Shown one piece after another: positions 22,122 through 37,100 of a DNA stretch of 39,385 bases (its first letter is position 1; the number at the start of each line of letters is the position of its first letter). Origin of the DNA: Rhizaria sp. SCN 62-66 (Eukaryota); contig MEDY01000298.1 in the NCBI GenBank assembly GCA_001724265.1, forward strand, positions 1 through 39,385, given 5' to 3'. The translations under genes and the position numbers were made by a program. Under the pieces are notes generated by a model. The model searched no databases and was not told the origin of the DNA. It was given only the letters and a program-made list of their open reading frames with translations.

Positions 22122-25100
22122 TTATTGCATCATGAAACGCTTCTTCTTATTGTTCTCACCCCTTGCACTTGACGTTTGCCCTGAAGCTTGCTTCCGTGGC
22201 GGAGGTGCAGCTGGTGTTTGTTCAGAAGCAATAGTAGACTTGACCCAGTCATAGACTTCTGCGACACGAACCAGGCCGCTGCCACTGCGTCCCGCAGTGC
22301 CACGGGAAGTGACAGTGGCAAAGAAAGCGCGCCAATAGCCACTAGCCCGGCTGAGTGTGGCAACATCGCCGACGACGATGAGTCCTCGTTTGGCGCGCGT
22401 CAACGCAACGTTGAGGCGTCGGATGTCCTCAACGAAACCAATTCCGCCGTGCGTGTTGGAACGCACACATGAGAACACGATAACGTCCTTCTCACGGCCT
22501 TGAAAGCCGTCGACAGACTTAACCTCCACATTAGCGGCCTTTGAAACACCGTTACCTGACACAGCTGCAGAGCCTTGGCCAACAAGAGACGAGAGCGTGC
22601 TGATCACGGGTGCTAGCGCAGCCGCAGCCGCTGCGCTTGCTTCGCGCACGCACTGCGCCTTGCGCTCCTGCTTTGAGGCGGCATAAGTTGCGGTCTCGTC
22701 ATCATCACAATTGTTCTCACTAGCCCGAGACACTGCACTAAAATTGGCAGCAGCAGTTCCTGTGTTTGTGACAGCAGTGGGCTTCTTGTTGAAGCTAACG
22801 AGCGAGGCCTCACTCCAGCCAGCACCAGCACCTGCGACAGCACCGGGAATCACGACAGCCGCAGCGCCGCGCTGCATCTGCGCCTGATGCTGGACTTGCC
22901 CTTGCTGCCATTGCTGTACAGTGGAGCGAACGTGCGAGCGTCCAACGGCGGCAGTGACAGCCGCCTCTGCTGCCTCACTCGTAACAGCGCTTCGGAGAGC
23001 ACGTGCACGTGCCAGCCGTGCTGCAGCAAGAACACGAGCAGCAGTCGCGCGCAAAGGCGCAAGCGCTGTGCTGATATGGCGTTGTAGTTGCCGTAGCTGT
23101 GCAGCATAGGGCGAGATAACGCCAATGTCGCTGACAGAGACTGTAAGTCCAAATGAGCTCGCATCATCCTCGTTGCTGCCACTGGCATAACCAGAGGTGA
23201 TGCTTGTAACAGTCCTGGATAGAGCGCGCTCCTGCGCAGCAATATGGGCACGCACAAGACTAGCTACGACTGTGGCGACAGCCACAGCTTCAGTCTCATT
23301 AGCCTTGGAGCCTGATCCTGAAATAAGTTCTTGCGTCGCACCTGTGTCAATGACAAGCACGGGCGACCAAGCCGCAGCGACACGCGCCCAGGGCAGTCCA
23401 GGGGGAGGGCGGCGGGTCGCTGCAGGCACACCGTCCTCAAGACGGCCATCATAAAGTGCGCCATTCGACCACAGCGAGATGTGCGGGTGCATGCGGTATT
23501 GCCGTGTCAACATACTGCTTTCGGCGCGTGCGAGAGAGAGCGACCATGGCAACATTGCACCCGTCAGGCGCATGCCAGTACCACGCTGGAGTGGAAGCAG
23601 CGGGATGGTAACACCAGGAGCGTGTGTGTGCAGACGCTCAAACAAGGACACATGAGCACCTGCAAGCGTAAGAAGCTCGCCTTCTGCGACAACGGGTGGC
23701 AACTGGCACTGATCACCAACTAGCACAACGCGCGCAAACGCTGCAATGTCCGCTAGACCATCCAGAGGGCCTTCGCTCTCCGTTTCTGCTGAGGCTGCTG
23801 CGGCTGCGAGCGCGCGCGCAGGTGGGCAGGCAGCAAGCTTTGTTAGAGGGACCGCACATGCGTGCTCGGGGGCTTGACTCGCTTCATCCACAACGATGAG
23901 TGTGAAACGCAGCTCCTCAAGTTCTGGTGCGCCTGCAGACACGCACGTGCAACAAATGACATCTGCAGTCGCCAAGATGTGATGGCGAGCCTCGCGCTGC
24001 AAGCGGGCTAGTGTACGTCGCGAGTGCTGTGCAACGTACCCAAGCTCTTCCTGCAACAGCGTGAGCCACGACGCGGACCACAATAGCCGCGCTGCAGCTG
24101 CCACACCTGCCGCAGCGCCGAGCGCACTCACCGCAGCGGAGGCTGTCACACGTTGGTCCGCTGGTACGCTCGCGTTGAGGCCAGTGAAGGGAGCCAGCGT
24201 AAACGCGTCGGCGGCAGCAGCCGCAGCAGGCGTCACCGTTGTTAGCGCACCCGCACCACCATTCGTTGCACGTCGGTTTTTTGCCGTGTCACTTGCGCTG
24301 GCGGAAGAAAGCGAAGAGCTGGACACCGTCGAGAACATACCAGCAGCAAACGCCCACTCAGCGTCTTCTGCCTCATCTTCAGCAGCGTCATCGCTGTTTT
24401 CATGTGGAGCTTCGTCATCTTCGCGCGCGCCACGCCGCCGCATGCGCCGCGCTGTCTTTGCAGTGGGTGCCAGAGTCACAGCAGCACCACCAAAGGGTAC
24501 ATTGGCAAGCGCACGCAGCACAGCGACTGAGCCAGGGCAGAGAACTGCGCTAGTTGCTGCTACGGCTCCAAGAGCTGTGCTCTGGCGCTGGTGAGAATAG
24601 TGCGAGCGCGGAGCCTTGCCTTGCCGCACACGCACCGCCTGCCTGCGATTGTGATATTGTGCGAATGCGCGCTCTGCACTCTCGCTTTGCGACGCAGCCA
24701 CAAATGCGGCGGCAGATGCAGCAGAATGGTGCGTTGCTGCTGTGGCCTCGTGGTTACCGAGCCGTACGGTCGTAACTTCGTTACCAGCAGACGTGACGTG
24801 CGCGGGCGCGGGCGCAAGAGTTGGTTCACTCGCCCAGTGCGGCACACCTGCTCGCTGCCTCAGCCCCGCAAGAAGTGCGACGTAAGCGTCCGTTGCGCGA
24901 CTCGCGTGGTCACCTCCACCATCGAGCAACGCGGCCATCGATGTTTCATTGGATTTATTGCTGCCACCAGTGACACGCGTTCCAGGGCCTGCGTTTGTTG
25001 GCGCGGCTGTTGCAGTGGCAGCATCAGTAAAAACGCCACGCAACCAGTCGCCACCACGGCGTGCGCGCAGTCCGCTAACCGTGCGCGACACAAGCTTCTG

Positions 25101-28100
25101 AGCATCGGCGTGAGAGAAGCGGCCACCGATGGCAACGGCAGGTGCGTCCGCTGCGGTGCGTCCATCAGCGCCAGAGGCGCCCTTAGCGGCGGGAGTAGCG
25201 GGGCGCTCGTGAAGGGCGTCGTAAAGACGCGGGAGCGCCGTAGCGCATGCGGCAATCGCCTGTTCGGTCTGCACTAGCGTCCGGCGCGCAGCGGCGACGG
25301 CAGTGCCGAAAAGCGGGTGGCGCGCAACCCAGGCATCCACTGTGACGTCCGCCACCGACGGGTGCACACGACTGCTATTGCCGTATCGCACCACTGTGAA
25401 AGCAGGCGGAACAGCGCTCGCGTTGTTGTCTTCGGCGGAGGAAGCGGATGCAGGGGCGGAGAAGCCCGGCAATGTAAGAAGACGTGAGCAGAGTTGGTCG
25501 ACGGCGATGTTTGAGTACGCCGTCAAGAGCACAGGGCCACGGCCACGGAAGCCGGAGCCTGCGGACGAAAGTGACACTGCCGACATCGTGGCTGTGGAAG
25601 CTGCGGTAGTGGAAGAGGTGAGACATACAAGCAGGTGATCAGAGGCAGGTGAAACAAGCGACGAAGACGTCAGTGCGGAGGTGTTCGCAATGGCGGATAG
25701 CGTGACAGAGGCTGGCAATGTCAATGTTGAACCCGTATTCGACGATGCGGGATGAGCGGCCTTAGCTTTGATGTTGCTCAGAGTAGAAGTTGACGCAAAA
25801 GCAGCTGCAACCTGCGACTTATGTTGCGCTGGCAAAGGTAATGGCAATGGCAGCACAACCTCTGCATCATCATCGCGAATGTTGCTCGTATTACTCATAC
25901 TCTTAACAGAAGTGCGTCCTGCTGGAGCCTCAGCAACAGAGACAGCTGTAACGAGCACGCGGGGCCGCTTCGCGACTTGTTCACCTGCATGAGCGACAGG
26001 CTGCGCAGCGGCGTCGGCAGTTCTGCGCTGCGTTGAGCCATCAGCGACAGCGAGCACCGCACCTGGTGCAAGCAGTAGTGGCGACAGAGAGGCTTCTTCT
26101 GCCGCTTCATCAACCCCAGCAGACTCTACGACACGATCGCTCTTCTGACTCTTCTTCTCCTTGCGTTCTTTCTTATCCTTCTTGTCTTTCTTTGCCTTCT
26201 TCACCTTGCTGTCGCTAGCGGCGCTGGAAACTGCGACGAGGTCGTCGATGCCCAGATCAAGGTCGCTCAGTGCCTCATCATCAAGCCAGTCCATATCATC
26301 CTCTTCTTCTGCAGCGTCACCCGCAGCTGTGCCTTTAGCATCTGCGCCGGCAGAGGGCGAGGTCACGTGGTCCCGCTGTGGATTATTTTTATCTAGCGCA
26401 GTCGTGGCTCTTTTTTTGTCATCATCGCCACTGTCACTGCTGCTGCAGCCACCAAACGCAGCTGACAACAGTGCGGATTTGCGCCACGCGGGCACCGTTG
26501 GAGGGGCCTCAGCCATCGCCGGCACAGGTACAGCGCCGGCACGTAAAGCGGGCAGCGGCGCAAACAGTGAGAACGCGCGACTTTGCTCAGCGACCTTCTT
26601 GCGTGCAGCCTCTGCTTCGGCGGCTGCGCGTTCGGTTGCGCGGGCCGCCGCGCGCGCCTGTTTGGCAGTCAGTGCAGGCCCACGAACAGCCTTGGTACGA
26701 GTGCGATAGTCCAGGGTTTCATCCGGTGGTGGCTCGTCACTGTCATTGCCGTCGCCAAAAGTAACCAGCAGCTTGCGCGGCGCAGCAATGGGCTTCGTGG
26801 CGGCGATAGCGGGACTTTCAGCCACAGGAATGGGAGTACCAGTACTAGGTTTCAGCGACGCAACAGCGAGCGCTGCAGCGAGCAAAGGCGATGCCGCAGC
26901 AGACGATAGGTCCCGATCGATGACATCCTCAGCTGGCGCGTCCATCGCAGCAACGGAATCCTGCGCTGTATCCACGGGCATGTTTTCGACAAACACGAGC
27001 TCCGTCTCGTCGCTGTCGTCCTTGCCACAACCAGCCTCTGCGTCTGCCTCATCACCATCGTCGCCCTCGGCTGGGCGCAATGCAGCAATATGTGGCTTAT
27101 TTGAGGCAGCTGCAGGCGCTACAGCTGGAGAACGCGCGACAAGCGGCGGCGGAGTGTCCTCAGCGACAGCAGCGTCAGTGTCGATGTTAGCGTCTTCGTT
27201 TACTCTCGACGTCATAGCATCTTCTGTGTTTGCGGAAACGGGGCCCGTTGACGTTTGATTATGCTCAGACTCACTATCTGACGTATAGGAGTTACCAATC
27301 GCGATCGAAAAGTCATCCTTGCTACTTTCATTATCACTTTCACTCTCGCTACTGGAGGTTCCAGCGGCAGCGAGATGTGCGTTGCGCTGAGCGTGCTCGC
27401 GAGCACGCTTGTCACTACTGCGACCAGCAATGCGCTTGCGAAGGTTACGGGAGCTTTCGTTAGCAATATCCCGAGTCTTCGTGTTGAGAGCGACGAGAAG
27501 ATCATTTGCACGCTGCAACAGTGCTACAAACAGACTGTTTTCGTTATGAACAGCAGATGCACCCGCGGAGCCCGAGGAAAGATAGTGCTTAATCACCGCC
27601 GCAGCGTCACGCCAAATCGTAGGTTCATACTCAATGACACTTCTACTGCACATGCGCGAGCTCGATGCAATGGCAGCCACGGTGGGCCACCACTGCCGCA
27701 GCTGAACGACCAGAGCGCGCACCCGCGATCGCGCAAGAGCGAGGACGCGATGGGAGTGCGCAGCGGCGCGTCCGTGTACGGCCGCACCCGTGTCAGCAGG
27801 ACGGCTTAGCGCGGCCAAATGAGTGACTGCAGCATCAAGCGCGACAATGAGTTCGGGTAACTGACCCAAAGCACCAGGTGCTGCTGTGAGTAGCGCTAGC
27901 GGTGGCGGCAACGTATGTGCAGCAGCATCAGCGAGCGTTGTGTTGTTTGCACGCGCCAGCGCAATGCGGAGTGCAAGCGCAGCCGCAAGCGCAGCAGTGC
28001 GCTGACGGAGCGTCGCGCTCGCCTTGAGGCTCAGTAGAGGTTTTGATGTTGCACAGGCCTCCAGTTCGGAAAGCATCTGTTCACAATCAGAAACACAGAG

Positions 28101-31100
28101 TGACGCGACACGACTGTGGGTGCTTGCGGCTGCGCTGTCGGCGGCAACAGCAACCATTGTGCGCATTAAGTGTGCCACGAAATAGTTCTGGTACGTGCTC
28201 CCAAGTGTCTCAGAATAAGTTTGGCTAGACCCCAGCTCGAGCCCCAGTGCTGCAGTGGCAAGCCCGCCTCGCGCGCCAGCATCAGCATCAGGCGACAGGG
28301 CCTCGCAGTCCGTCTGTGCCCAACCGTCGCCGACCACGTCATCGCGGTGCCACACAGAACGCACGCCGTAGAAACTCAGCGCCGCCTGCACGCCGCCCCC
28401 AACGGCCGCAGCACCGCCATCAGCGGCTGCAGTGAGCACAGATGCCAGCGGCACAATGACCGTTGTGCGGAAATTGCTGTGTGCACTGCCAGAGCCGTAG
28501 CTTCCACCGCCCCCGGGAGCGTCGGACCGCGACCAGAGGCGCTTTCCAGCGCCACCGCGGCGACCCGCAGTGACGGAGCGTGTAAACTCGTCGGCTTCCC
28601 AGCTGCCCTCCCCGACTGTGTCGTGGGGGACGGCGCTGTGGGTGCGGTAGACATCGTCCTCTTCTTCCATCAAATCCACCATCACGCCGCTGTTAGCGCC
28701 AAATGCCCCAGCTGCGGTGCTCGTTCCTGTCGAACTCACGGCGCAGTCGGCAGTCACCTCAGCAGCAAGAGGCGGCACGGCGGGCCGCGCCTTGGGCCCC
28801 TCACCGCCAAGCGCCGCAACCCAGAGCCAGATGAGATGCGCGATCGTTTGCGTTTTGCCCGTGCCAGGTGGACCCTGGATGAGAGTCACAGGTCGCGACA
28901 GAGCTGCAAGCACGGCACCACGCTGCGACTCGTTAAGTGTGCCTGCAGCGGCAAGCAGCTTTTGCGCCCACTGCATTTCGCGTACGGGCAGCGGCAGCGG
29001 CGCCGTGGCAGCCGCAGATACGGCTTCCACTGACCGGGCCAACGCCACGCCGTCGTCACGCACAAGTAGCCCTGCACCCGCGCACTGCGCAGCACCGCGC
29101 AGTGCGTGTACCACGGCTTGCGGTGCAGGTAGCGTTAAGTGCAACGCCACAGGCGGCTTTGCGGCCAGGGCCACAGCGTCGCCGAGCGCGTCCACACTGC
29201 CACCAACACGGGGCTGCAGTTGCGGGCTCGAAGTGCGCGAGAGCGAGAACGGCGCTGGAGCCGCACTGCCAGCAGCGGCGTATGGCCAGAAGCCCGGGCT
29301 GGCGGCCGCGGAGGCGGTGCGCGAGTGTGGGGCTGTGAGCATTGGCGAGGTCGCAGGCGATGCGGCGTGAGACATGTTGTGGTTGCTGGATTTCGCGGGC
29401 GTGGCTGTCGACTTAGCAGATGGAAAGACAACACGAGCGGCGCCAAAACGGTTCGTCGCAAGGGTCTCTGTCGGCAAGTCCGCGGCAGCTGTAGCGCGGG
29501 CAATAATGCTTGCGATTTGAGGCACCGCACACGCGCGCAGTGAGGGAAGTGGAAGTGGCAACAACGCTGGCACAGCTCGCAACAGCGCACGCAGTCCCAT
29601 AATACTACTGTGACGAGCTGTGTCAGAGCTGCGAGTAATGAAAGCGTCGGCCAAGTCATCGTGCGTCGGAGGAGGCGCGTATTGCTTGTGGCGCATCGTG
29701 AGTTTGCGTGTGACGGCAAGCATGTCTCCAATAGTCCATGTCGGTGCTACAGTGGCTGCGGCAGTCACTGCGGTCGTTTTCGCCGTCCCTGCGGCAGTGT
29801 TGTTGATGCAAGCGTCACACTCAAAGTGAGAAGTTAAAGCAAGGAGCTCAACGTGCGTGACCATAAGATTCAGCATTGCTACTGTCGTGTCAACATCTGA
29901 CATCGCGTTTGACACGGCTGTTGCAGACTTTTGATTAGATGTGCTTGCATCATTGTTAACGGAGTCCGCTGCCGGAAAAGTGAGGCGTGCTTTCGCGTCG
30001 CCAAGCTTGCGCCGCAACCGGTCTTGTTCGCGTTTTTTCTTGAGTTTGGCCCAGTCCCCAGACTCAACAGTGGCAATTTCGGTAGCCGTTGTGGTCACAT
30101 ACGCAGCAGGAGTCTCCATGGATTGAGTGTCCAAGAAAGAGTCAGGTTCTGAACGCAATTGAGATGGTGTCATAGTAAGGGGTACACAGAGGCGGAACAC
30201 GCGACCCTTGGCCCACAGGTCGGCAATTGAGTCGGCACCAGCAACGGGGGAGCCCACCGGGGCGAGAGTAACTCCAGCGGCTCGGAGGCCAGAGAGTGAG
30301 AGAGAGAGTACACAGCTACACTCGCCGTGACACGCCGCGCAACCAGCAGTTTTAACGGAGACAAATGAAAGAGAGGCCGATGCCCACGCGCGATAGAGAG
30401 CGCCGCGCGCGTTGGCACAAAGTTGCCCTACGAAAACAGCCATTGACTTCGCTATGGATTCGGAATGCTGTGGAACCACGGCGACAAGATGCTCAATGAC
30501 GTCATCTGTCGCAGTCGTTGACGTATTGGCTATGATGCGCAGACTAGGAGGTGCCAAGGCAGCTGTTACCGGCAATACAAGTGCTGCAACATCATTGCCG
30601 GCAAGCGCGAGGAAGTGACTATGGGTTGGTGTGAAGTCAAGCCGCACAGGGTACGGTTCCGAGACAGCAACATGAGCATGTGTACTAACACTGACTCCAT
30701 CTTCATCATCACTCTCACTCTCGTCTCTCATATTATGATGCGCAGATGACTTAAACAAGAAGTTTGTGAGTGCGTCACCGCGGTCACCCTTCTTTCGCGC
30801 TGGTGTGACCACTGACACAGTCGCAGTGCTTGGCCTCTTCTCATTGTTGCTCGAGATAGCGCTGCCACCGGAGCCCCCGAGTGCATCAAGCATCACGGTG
30901 CGCAAGGCGGTGCGCCACTGGGACAGCAATAACCACGGTACGCATGTTTCAGGGAGTGCAGAAAGTGCGCTTGAGTTGTTAGAGGCAAAGCAACGCTCAA
31001 GATGCTTGCTGCCGCGATCAAACAAGCGTTGCAGCGCGCTAGCCACAGTGACACCCGCTGCAACGTCCGCCTCCACAGCTTGCCCAGTTGGAGCTGCATC

Positions 31101-34100
31101 AGAGCATGACTGCGCGAGTCCAGGGCTCGGGGCGGGCCTGCGGAAGAGCGAGATACCGGGAGCAAAGCCACCGCAGATGGCGGCCTGCACTGCTGGGGGA
31201 CCGTAAAAGTATCCAGGCGGCTTGGCAGCACTCCACTGCGACAGCATCGTGACACTAACCGTCGCTGAATGTCCGTGCGCAGCTGAGGCAGCAGGGTACA
31301 ACCGCCAGCCAGCGCCAAGTGCGGCGGGAGGCGCGGAGAAAGTGCCTGCAAAGGCGGACACCGCTGCAGCAGCAGCCTTGCTTGCGGCGGCGCTAAGCAC
31401 GCCGGCGCGAACGGCAGTCACTGGGAACCGTAGCAGCGGCGAGCTGTTCGTCACTCCAGTTGCACCACTGACACCACTGAGAAGCTGTGGTAACAGAAGT
31501 GCGCCAGGGAGCGGAACAGTCACCGCGGTCCACAGCGCACCTGCTGCGGCAGCGCGGCGCAGTGTGCGTTCGCCCGCACTAGGACCGAAGATAGCTGTCA
31601 GCGCGCTGCTAGGTTCACTGTTGCGGACAGCGCCCGCAGACGTACAACTCGCTGTCGCTACAGCCGTCAGCGAAAGCGCACACGCTAGAGCTTCGTTGAC
31701 GTTGGACACTGCGGATGTGGAGCCAAGCGTGCCTTGAAGCAGTGCAGAAAGCGCTGCGGCTGCCACCTGCGATGATGCGAGTGCTTCTGCTGACGATACA
31801 CTGAGAGATGACGCTGCGACGAGAGACATGCGGGCCGAAACAGCAGCAGCGCAAAGACGCGCGCGCGCTTCAAGTGCAAGAGCTGTGGGGTAAAGCGCAC
31901 GTGAGGACCGATAATTCCCGACCGCGGGAGTTGACTCAAGTGCGTTGATAAAAGCAACAAAAGACTCATGCTCATAGCCAGTCTCACCGTCATCCCCGTC
32001 GACATCATCGTCATCGTCACTAGAGAACTCGGCATCTTCACTGTCACCCAGCGTGGTGGCAAGCTTGAGTGCAGCTAGCAGAGGTGAAACAGTCCATTGC
32101 GAGCGCAATAGCCGGAGAAGTGCCTGGCCTTCGCGCTGCCAGCGCGGCCCCGAGCCTGCAGCTGCACTGGCAGCGGCACCCATGCGCGCGAGCCGGAGTT
32201 CTGCAGCGAGCTGGTCCGCGCTTAGGCGCTTCGTAAAGCTGCTGAGGTCAGCGGCGGTAGCACAACCGGCAGCGCGCAGGCGTGAGACAAATCCGGCGGA
32301 CGCTTCTTCGTTACGAAGCGACACCTGCAACGCCTGCGCGCGCGTGGCACGGCGCCACTGTGCGCGCTGCAGGAGCTGATGTTGACCATGCTCGCGCTGG
32401 CGCCGCTGTTGAATTCGCCGCAAAAGCGCGCGGTCCTCGTGTGCACTAAGCGCGCGTGTTGCTGCGCCGCGGTAATGTGCCGCAGCCACGCACTGCGCCA
32501 CAGCAACATCAGTCATAGTTAGCACCTTTTGGAGCGATTCTACCACTTGCTCACTTGTCGCTTCATTTGAGCGTGAGGCGTCAGCGTCGCTGTCGCTCCC
32601 ACTGTGGGCATCAAGTTGATGATGTCGGCTGCCAGCCGGGCGTGCTGCAGTCAGAGCACGGCGAAGTGCGCTGACAAGCACAGGGCCGACAACAGCGGCT
32701 ACGCGACTACGAACATCGCCGCGAGATACACGTGACCGGACGGCGCGCCCATTTGCAGTCGCAGCAAGTGAGGCGGCGGCAGACTCACGCGCAGCGGCGG
32801 CAACCGCGTTGGCAGCCCCACTATAGGGCGAGAGAAGTGTCGGCACGGGTACTCCGCCACGCGTGGCACCGCGTTGTGGCAACAGCGCGACGGCAGCAGC
32901 GGGCAGGCGCTGTGCGGATGCAGACATAATCGTAAGGGTGGGGTCGCTCCGACCACCAAATGCCGCGGCCGGCGCGCAATATAGTCCGTCCGGCACAGAC
33001 AAGCCGTGGTTGCTCTCGCCGCGACTCTTCTTGTCCTTCTTGTCTTTCTTGTTCTTTGAGTCCTTCAGTGCATCACTGCTGCCCGACTGCAACCCAGATG
33101 CGTGACCACCGGACACAAGCTTCAGCGGCTGGAAACCCATTCCCACGGATACAAACAGCTGCACCTTGTCGTCAAAATCTTGCGGCAGCGCGATCGCCAC
33201 AGGATCAAGCCCTCCACCAACAGTCGCTGCACCGCAGGTGTTGTTACCGGAGACATTAGCAGTGCCTACAGCGGCCGCAGCAGCCTCAACCAGCCAGCGG
33301 CGCGTCCAGCGGTGCTCGCGGCGTGCTTGCCGCGCCCAGCGCGCATGACTCCTGCGCGCGCGCGCGCCCCATGCGATGAGTGCACCCGCGGCCGCGCCGC
33401 CGCCCGCGCCGCCGGCGCCGTCCCAGCCCGAGGCCGAGAGAGGCACTCCGAGTTTGCGAGCGGCGGCTGCGAGCTCGAGACTCTGAGTGCGCGACGGGTG
33501 CAGAGGTTGCAGGGCGTGCGTCGACTGTGCTCCGTGGCCGCGCGAAGACGCGGCAGCCCCGAGCCCGCGCCGAGGCGCACCTGCGGGAGGCTGCTTCAGC
33601 AGCAGCGTTGTCGGCGGCAGCAGCGGCGCCACGGCGGGCGGTGCGAAGGCTGAGTACGTGACAACCGCCCATGGCGAGACGAGTGGTATGGTCACACCAC
33701 TGCCTGCGGTCCAGAAGCCCTCCTTGCGCATCCACTCACCACGGTCGCTCGCGCTCGTCCACAGCGCAGCGCTTTCAGTCTGACCGTCGCAACTGATGCG
33801 GCTGTCGCCACTCAACGTTTCACCAACAATCACAGCACGGTCGTCATCGAGAGCAGAAACAGCCACAACAGCAGCCTTTTCACTGGCGCGCTGCGCGCTG
33901 TCAAGCACTGCAGCCTCACGGACTGCTGATGCAACCGCGAATGCGCTCTCTGCGCCTGCGCCTGCACTTGCGCTGACGCCGTCAGCGCCCGCGAGCGCGG
34001 CCAGAGGACAGGGTGTGGTGAGCGAGGTGACCGCGCGCAGCGTGCGCTCAAGCGGAACGAGGTTCGCGCACCGGTCCAGGCGCCACGTCGGCGCCCACAC

Positions 34101-37100
34101 GCTCACATCGACTCCGCCGACCTCAGCTGTGGTGCCGGCCTTCACCTCGCTGCTGTGCGCGACCGCAGGCAGGACGAGGACTCCGCGGCCGGGCGTGAAG
34201 AGCGTGCGCGCGAGCGCTTCGGGCAGCAGGAACTCGACAATCACCACGCCAGGCGGCAGCACGCGCACAACGACGCCCTCCAGCGGGCACTGCAGCGTCG
34301 GCAGCGGCGGGTGCAGCGGCGGCGGCAGCGCTCCTGACTGCGTATCGGGTCTCCGAGACAGCAGCGACAGCGCGGTGGCAAACGCGGCGGCTGCGGTCAG
34401 CGGGTGCGTCAGAGCACGCAGCGCTGCAGTCACACCGGCCTCTGCGACCTTGCCCGTAGCGTCTACCGTTTGGGAATCGTTAGCAACGGAGGTTGAAAGT
34501 GACTGCAGCACTTTGTCGAGTTTTGCCTCAGCAGGATCGCGAGGAAACGCGCTCGTGACAGGCTTAAAAGAACTAAGATCATCATCATCTTCATCTTCTT
34601 TAACAGAAGCGTAACTAGTTGAGGATGCGTTTTCAGCCAACGCAGCCTGGGCTGCAGCAGCAGTGACAGCGTCAACTAGTCCTTCAGCCACATGGTCGGC
34701 CCACACCACGCCCACAGCGTTCGCGGCGTAGCAGACTTCGCCATTCACAGGAGTCGCCGCAGGTGCTGCGGTGTGGATGGCAGCATGTGCGGTGGCAGCA
34801 TATGCTTGGTATAGGCGCCGCAGAGCGCGAGCTAGCTTGCCTGCAACGCGACGCGCATCACGTTGAATATGTGACGTGTCGTTGACTACCATATCATTAG
34901 TCGCGGAGACTAAAAGAGAATACATCGCGCGCACACGACGCAGTGGGGCGTTTATGTGCGCTGAATCAGTCGCAGCAAGTGACTGCAGGAGTTTAGCGAG
35001 CACATCAGCAGCTTTTCCACTCTCACCTAAATCAGCAGTCAACGACGCAGAAATCTTCATGAGCCGCTCAAGACGGCGGTGCACCTGTGCTTGTGCAATC
35101 GCGTGCGCCTTTGCAGCAACGCGAGTACGCTCGTGGCGCGCCCAGTAACCGGGGTGCGGTGCAAAGGGTACCGGCGCGCGCAGCGACGCATCAGGCTCTA
35201 GCGCGCTCGAGCCAGCGTTGGCGTCGGCCGCGGCGTCACGGGCTGATCCCGCGTGGGGCGTCGCCCACAGGTGGTTATACAGCCACGGAGTGCAAGACAG
35301 CGACGGATACCGCAGCTGTCCCGTGCTACTGTCATTGCAGCTGTTGCAGGCAGCGGCAGCGGGCGCGACGCCTTGGCCCCAGACGCCCACAGCAGCGGTC
35401 GTGGCAGCTGAGTGCGCAACAGAGAAGCCTGCCAACGCGGCGCCAGCAAGTGACACGCCACCGGCATCGGAGAAGACAGCGGGCGAGAGCACGCGGCGCG
35501 CGCTGTCCTTGTCAGCGTTGCCGGAGGCGGAGACCACGCGTTCAGAGCGCGCCGTCGCAGCAAGAGCAGGAAGGAAGAGCGCTAGCAGCGCGGGCGGCAC
35601 GTTGGCAACACTAGCCCACACCAAGTCGCCGACTTGCAGTTCGTCCTCTTCTTCCTCCTCGGCCGCGGCCGCCGCAGCCGCTGCGGAGGCTGCCAGTTCG
35701 GCCTCGTTTCCGTCATCGTCCTCACCGTCCTCATCGCTGCTGCCCGTGCCACCGGCGGCCTCGCCGCGCTGATGACGCTCCACGTCGCGCAGCGTCGGCA
35801 GTACGCTTTTGGGCGCCATTGACTGCTGCTTAGGTTGCGCGACCGGTCGCAGCGCGTCGCGCTGCCGATCTGCGCCAACACCGTGGTTCGCCTCCGTGGG
35901 GGAAATGCTCGCAACGTCAAAGGCAACGCGGTAGCGCACCATTGATGTCGCCACGGCCGCTGGCACTGCCGCAGCCGCAGCTGCACATGGGTTGTCGGTT
36001 GCGCTGCAGCCTGCGGTAGGCGTGGCGCCGGTGACACGTGCAGCCCACTCGGATGCGGCCTGGCTTCCGATCGCCCACGTCTTGCTGTAGCGCATCACTG
36101 GTCCCGTCTCCGAGAAGGCAGCGGCGATAACGGCGTTGCGACGGCCGCCCGCTGGCACCGCGCCAGTGACGCGGTCGTCGTTGTCATCTCCGCTCTCGCC
36201 GCCGTCGTCGTCGCTCGCGCTTTGAGTCGCGTGGGGGGCACTATGCGTAGACTTCTTGCTCAGCCCGCTAGTCCCCGCGCTCCCACTGGAGTTTGCTGTG
36301 GCCACCCCAAGGGAACGCGCGACGGCGGCAGCTGTAGCAGCAACGCCTGTGGCAGCCCCGCCCTTACTGAGCCGCGCCAGCGCCATCGCACTCGCCCCCG
36401 CCGCCGTGCCGACGCCGCCCGCCGCCGAGCCATCACGCAGCGCGGCGAGGCTGACTGTGAGCGCGACAAGAGCGCGCGCGCGCGACACGGGGCCCGGGGC
36501 GGGCGCCGCGAACACACGCGGGCTATAGTGCTGACCGAGCCGCGTGAGGATTATCGCGGGGAGCACCACCGCAGCATCACTACGTGGAGCATTGCTGCCG
36601 AGCGCGAGGGCCGTGAACGCCAACGCACGAGCCGCAGCGGCCTCGCAGCGCCAACGCTGACGCAGAAGAGAGGGATAATACGCATGCTCAGTGGCACCCG
36701 CTGATGCAGATGAGGCGGAGACAAGTGCGTGTGTGGCTGCCGCAGGCGCAACGCGACCCAGTGCGCCGTAAGAGTCATTGGGTGAGACGGACAAAACAGT
36801 CAGTGCACGATCACCAGCAGCACCACCAATCATGTCAGCGGCACTGACAGCCGCGGCGGCGGACAACACAGCCGCACGGGCGCCGTGACCCGGAGCAGCG
36901 ACTGCACGACGCTGCCGCTCTGCCCAAGAGCCGGCCGAGCTTGCAGTGGCGGAGCCTAGCTTCGCGTCGCTGTCGGCGCCGCCATCAGAATCAGCACGCA
37001 GGGCCACAAGTTCACGTGCGCGGAAATCGAGCTTCCAATGCGTGCGACCTTCCGCATCAGCAGCAGTCATCGCAGCTGCAGCGCCGGGCAGGAAGCGCGG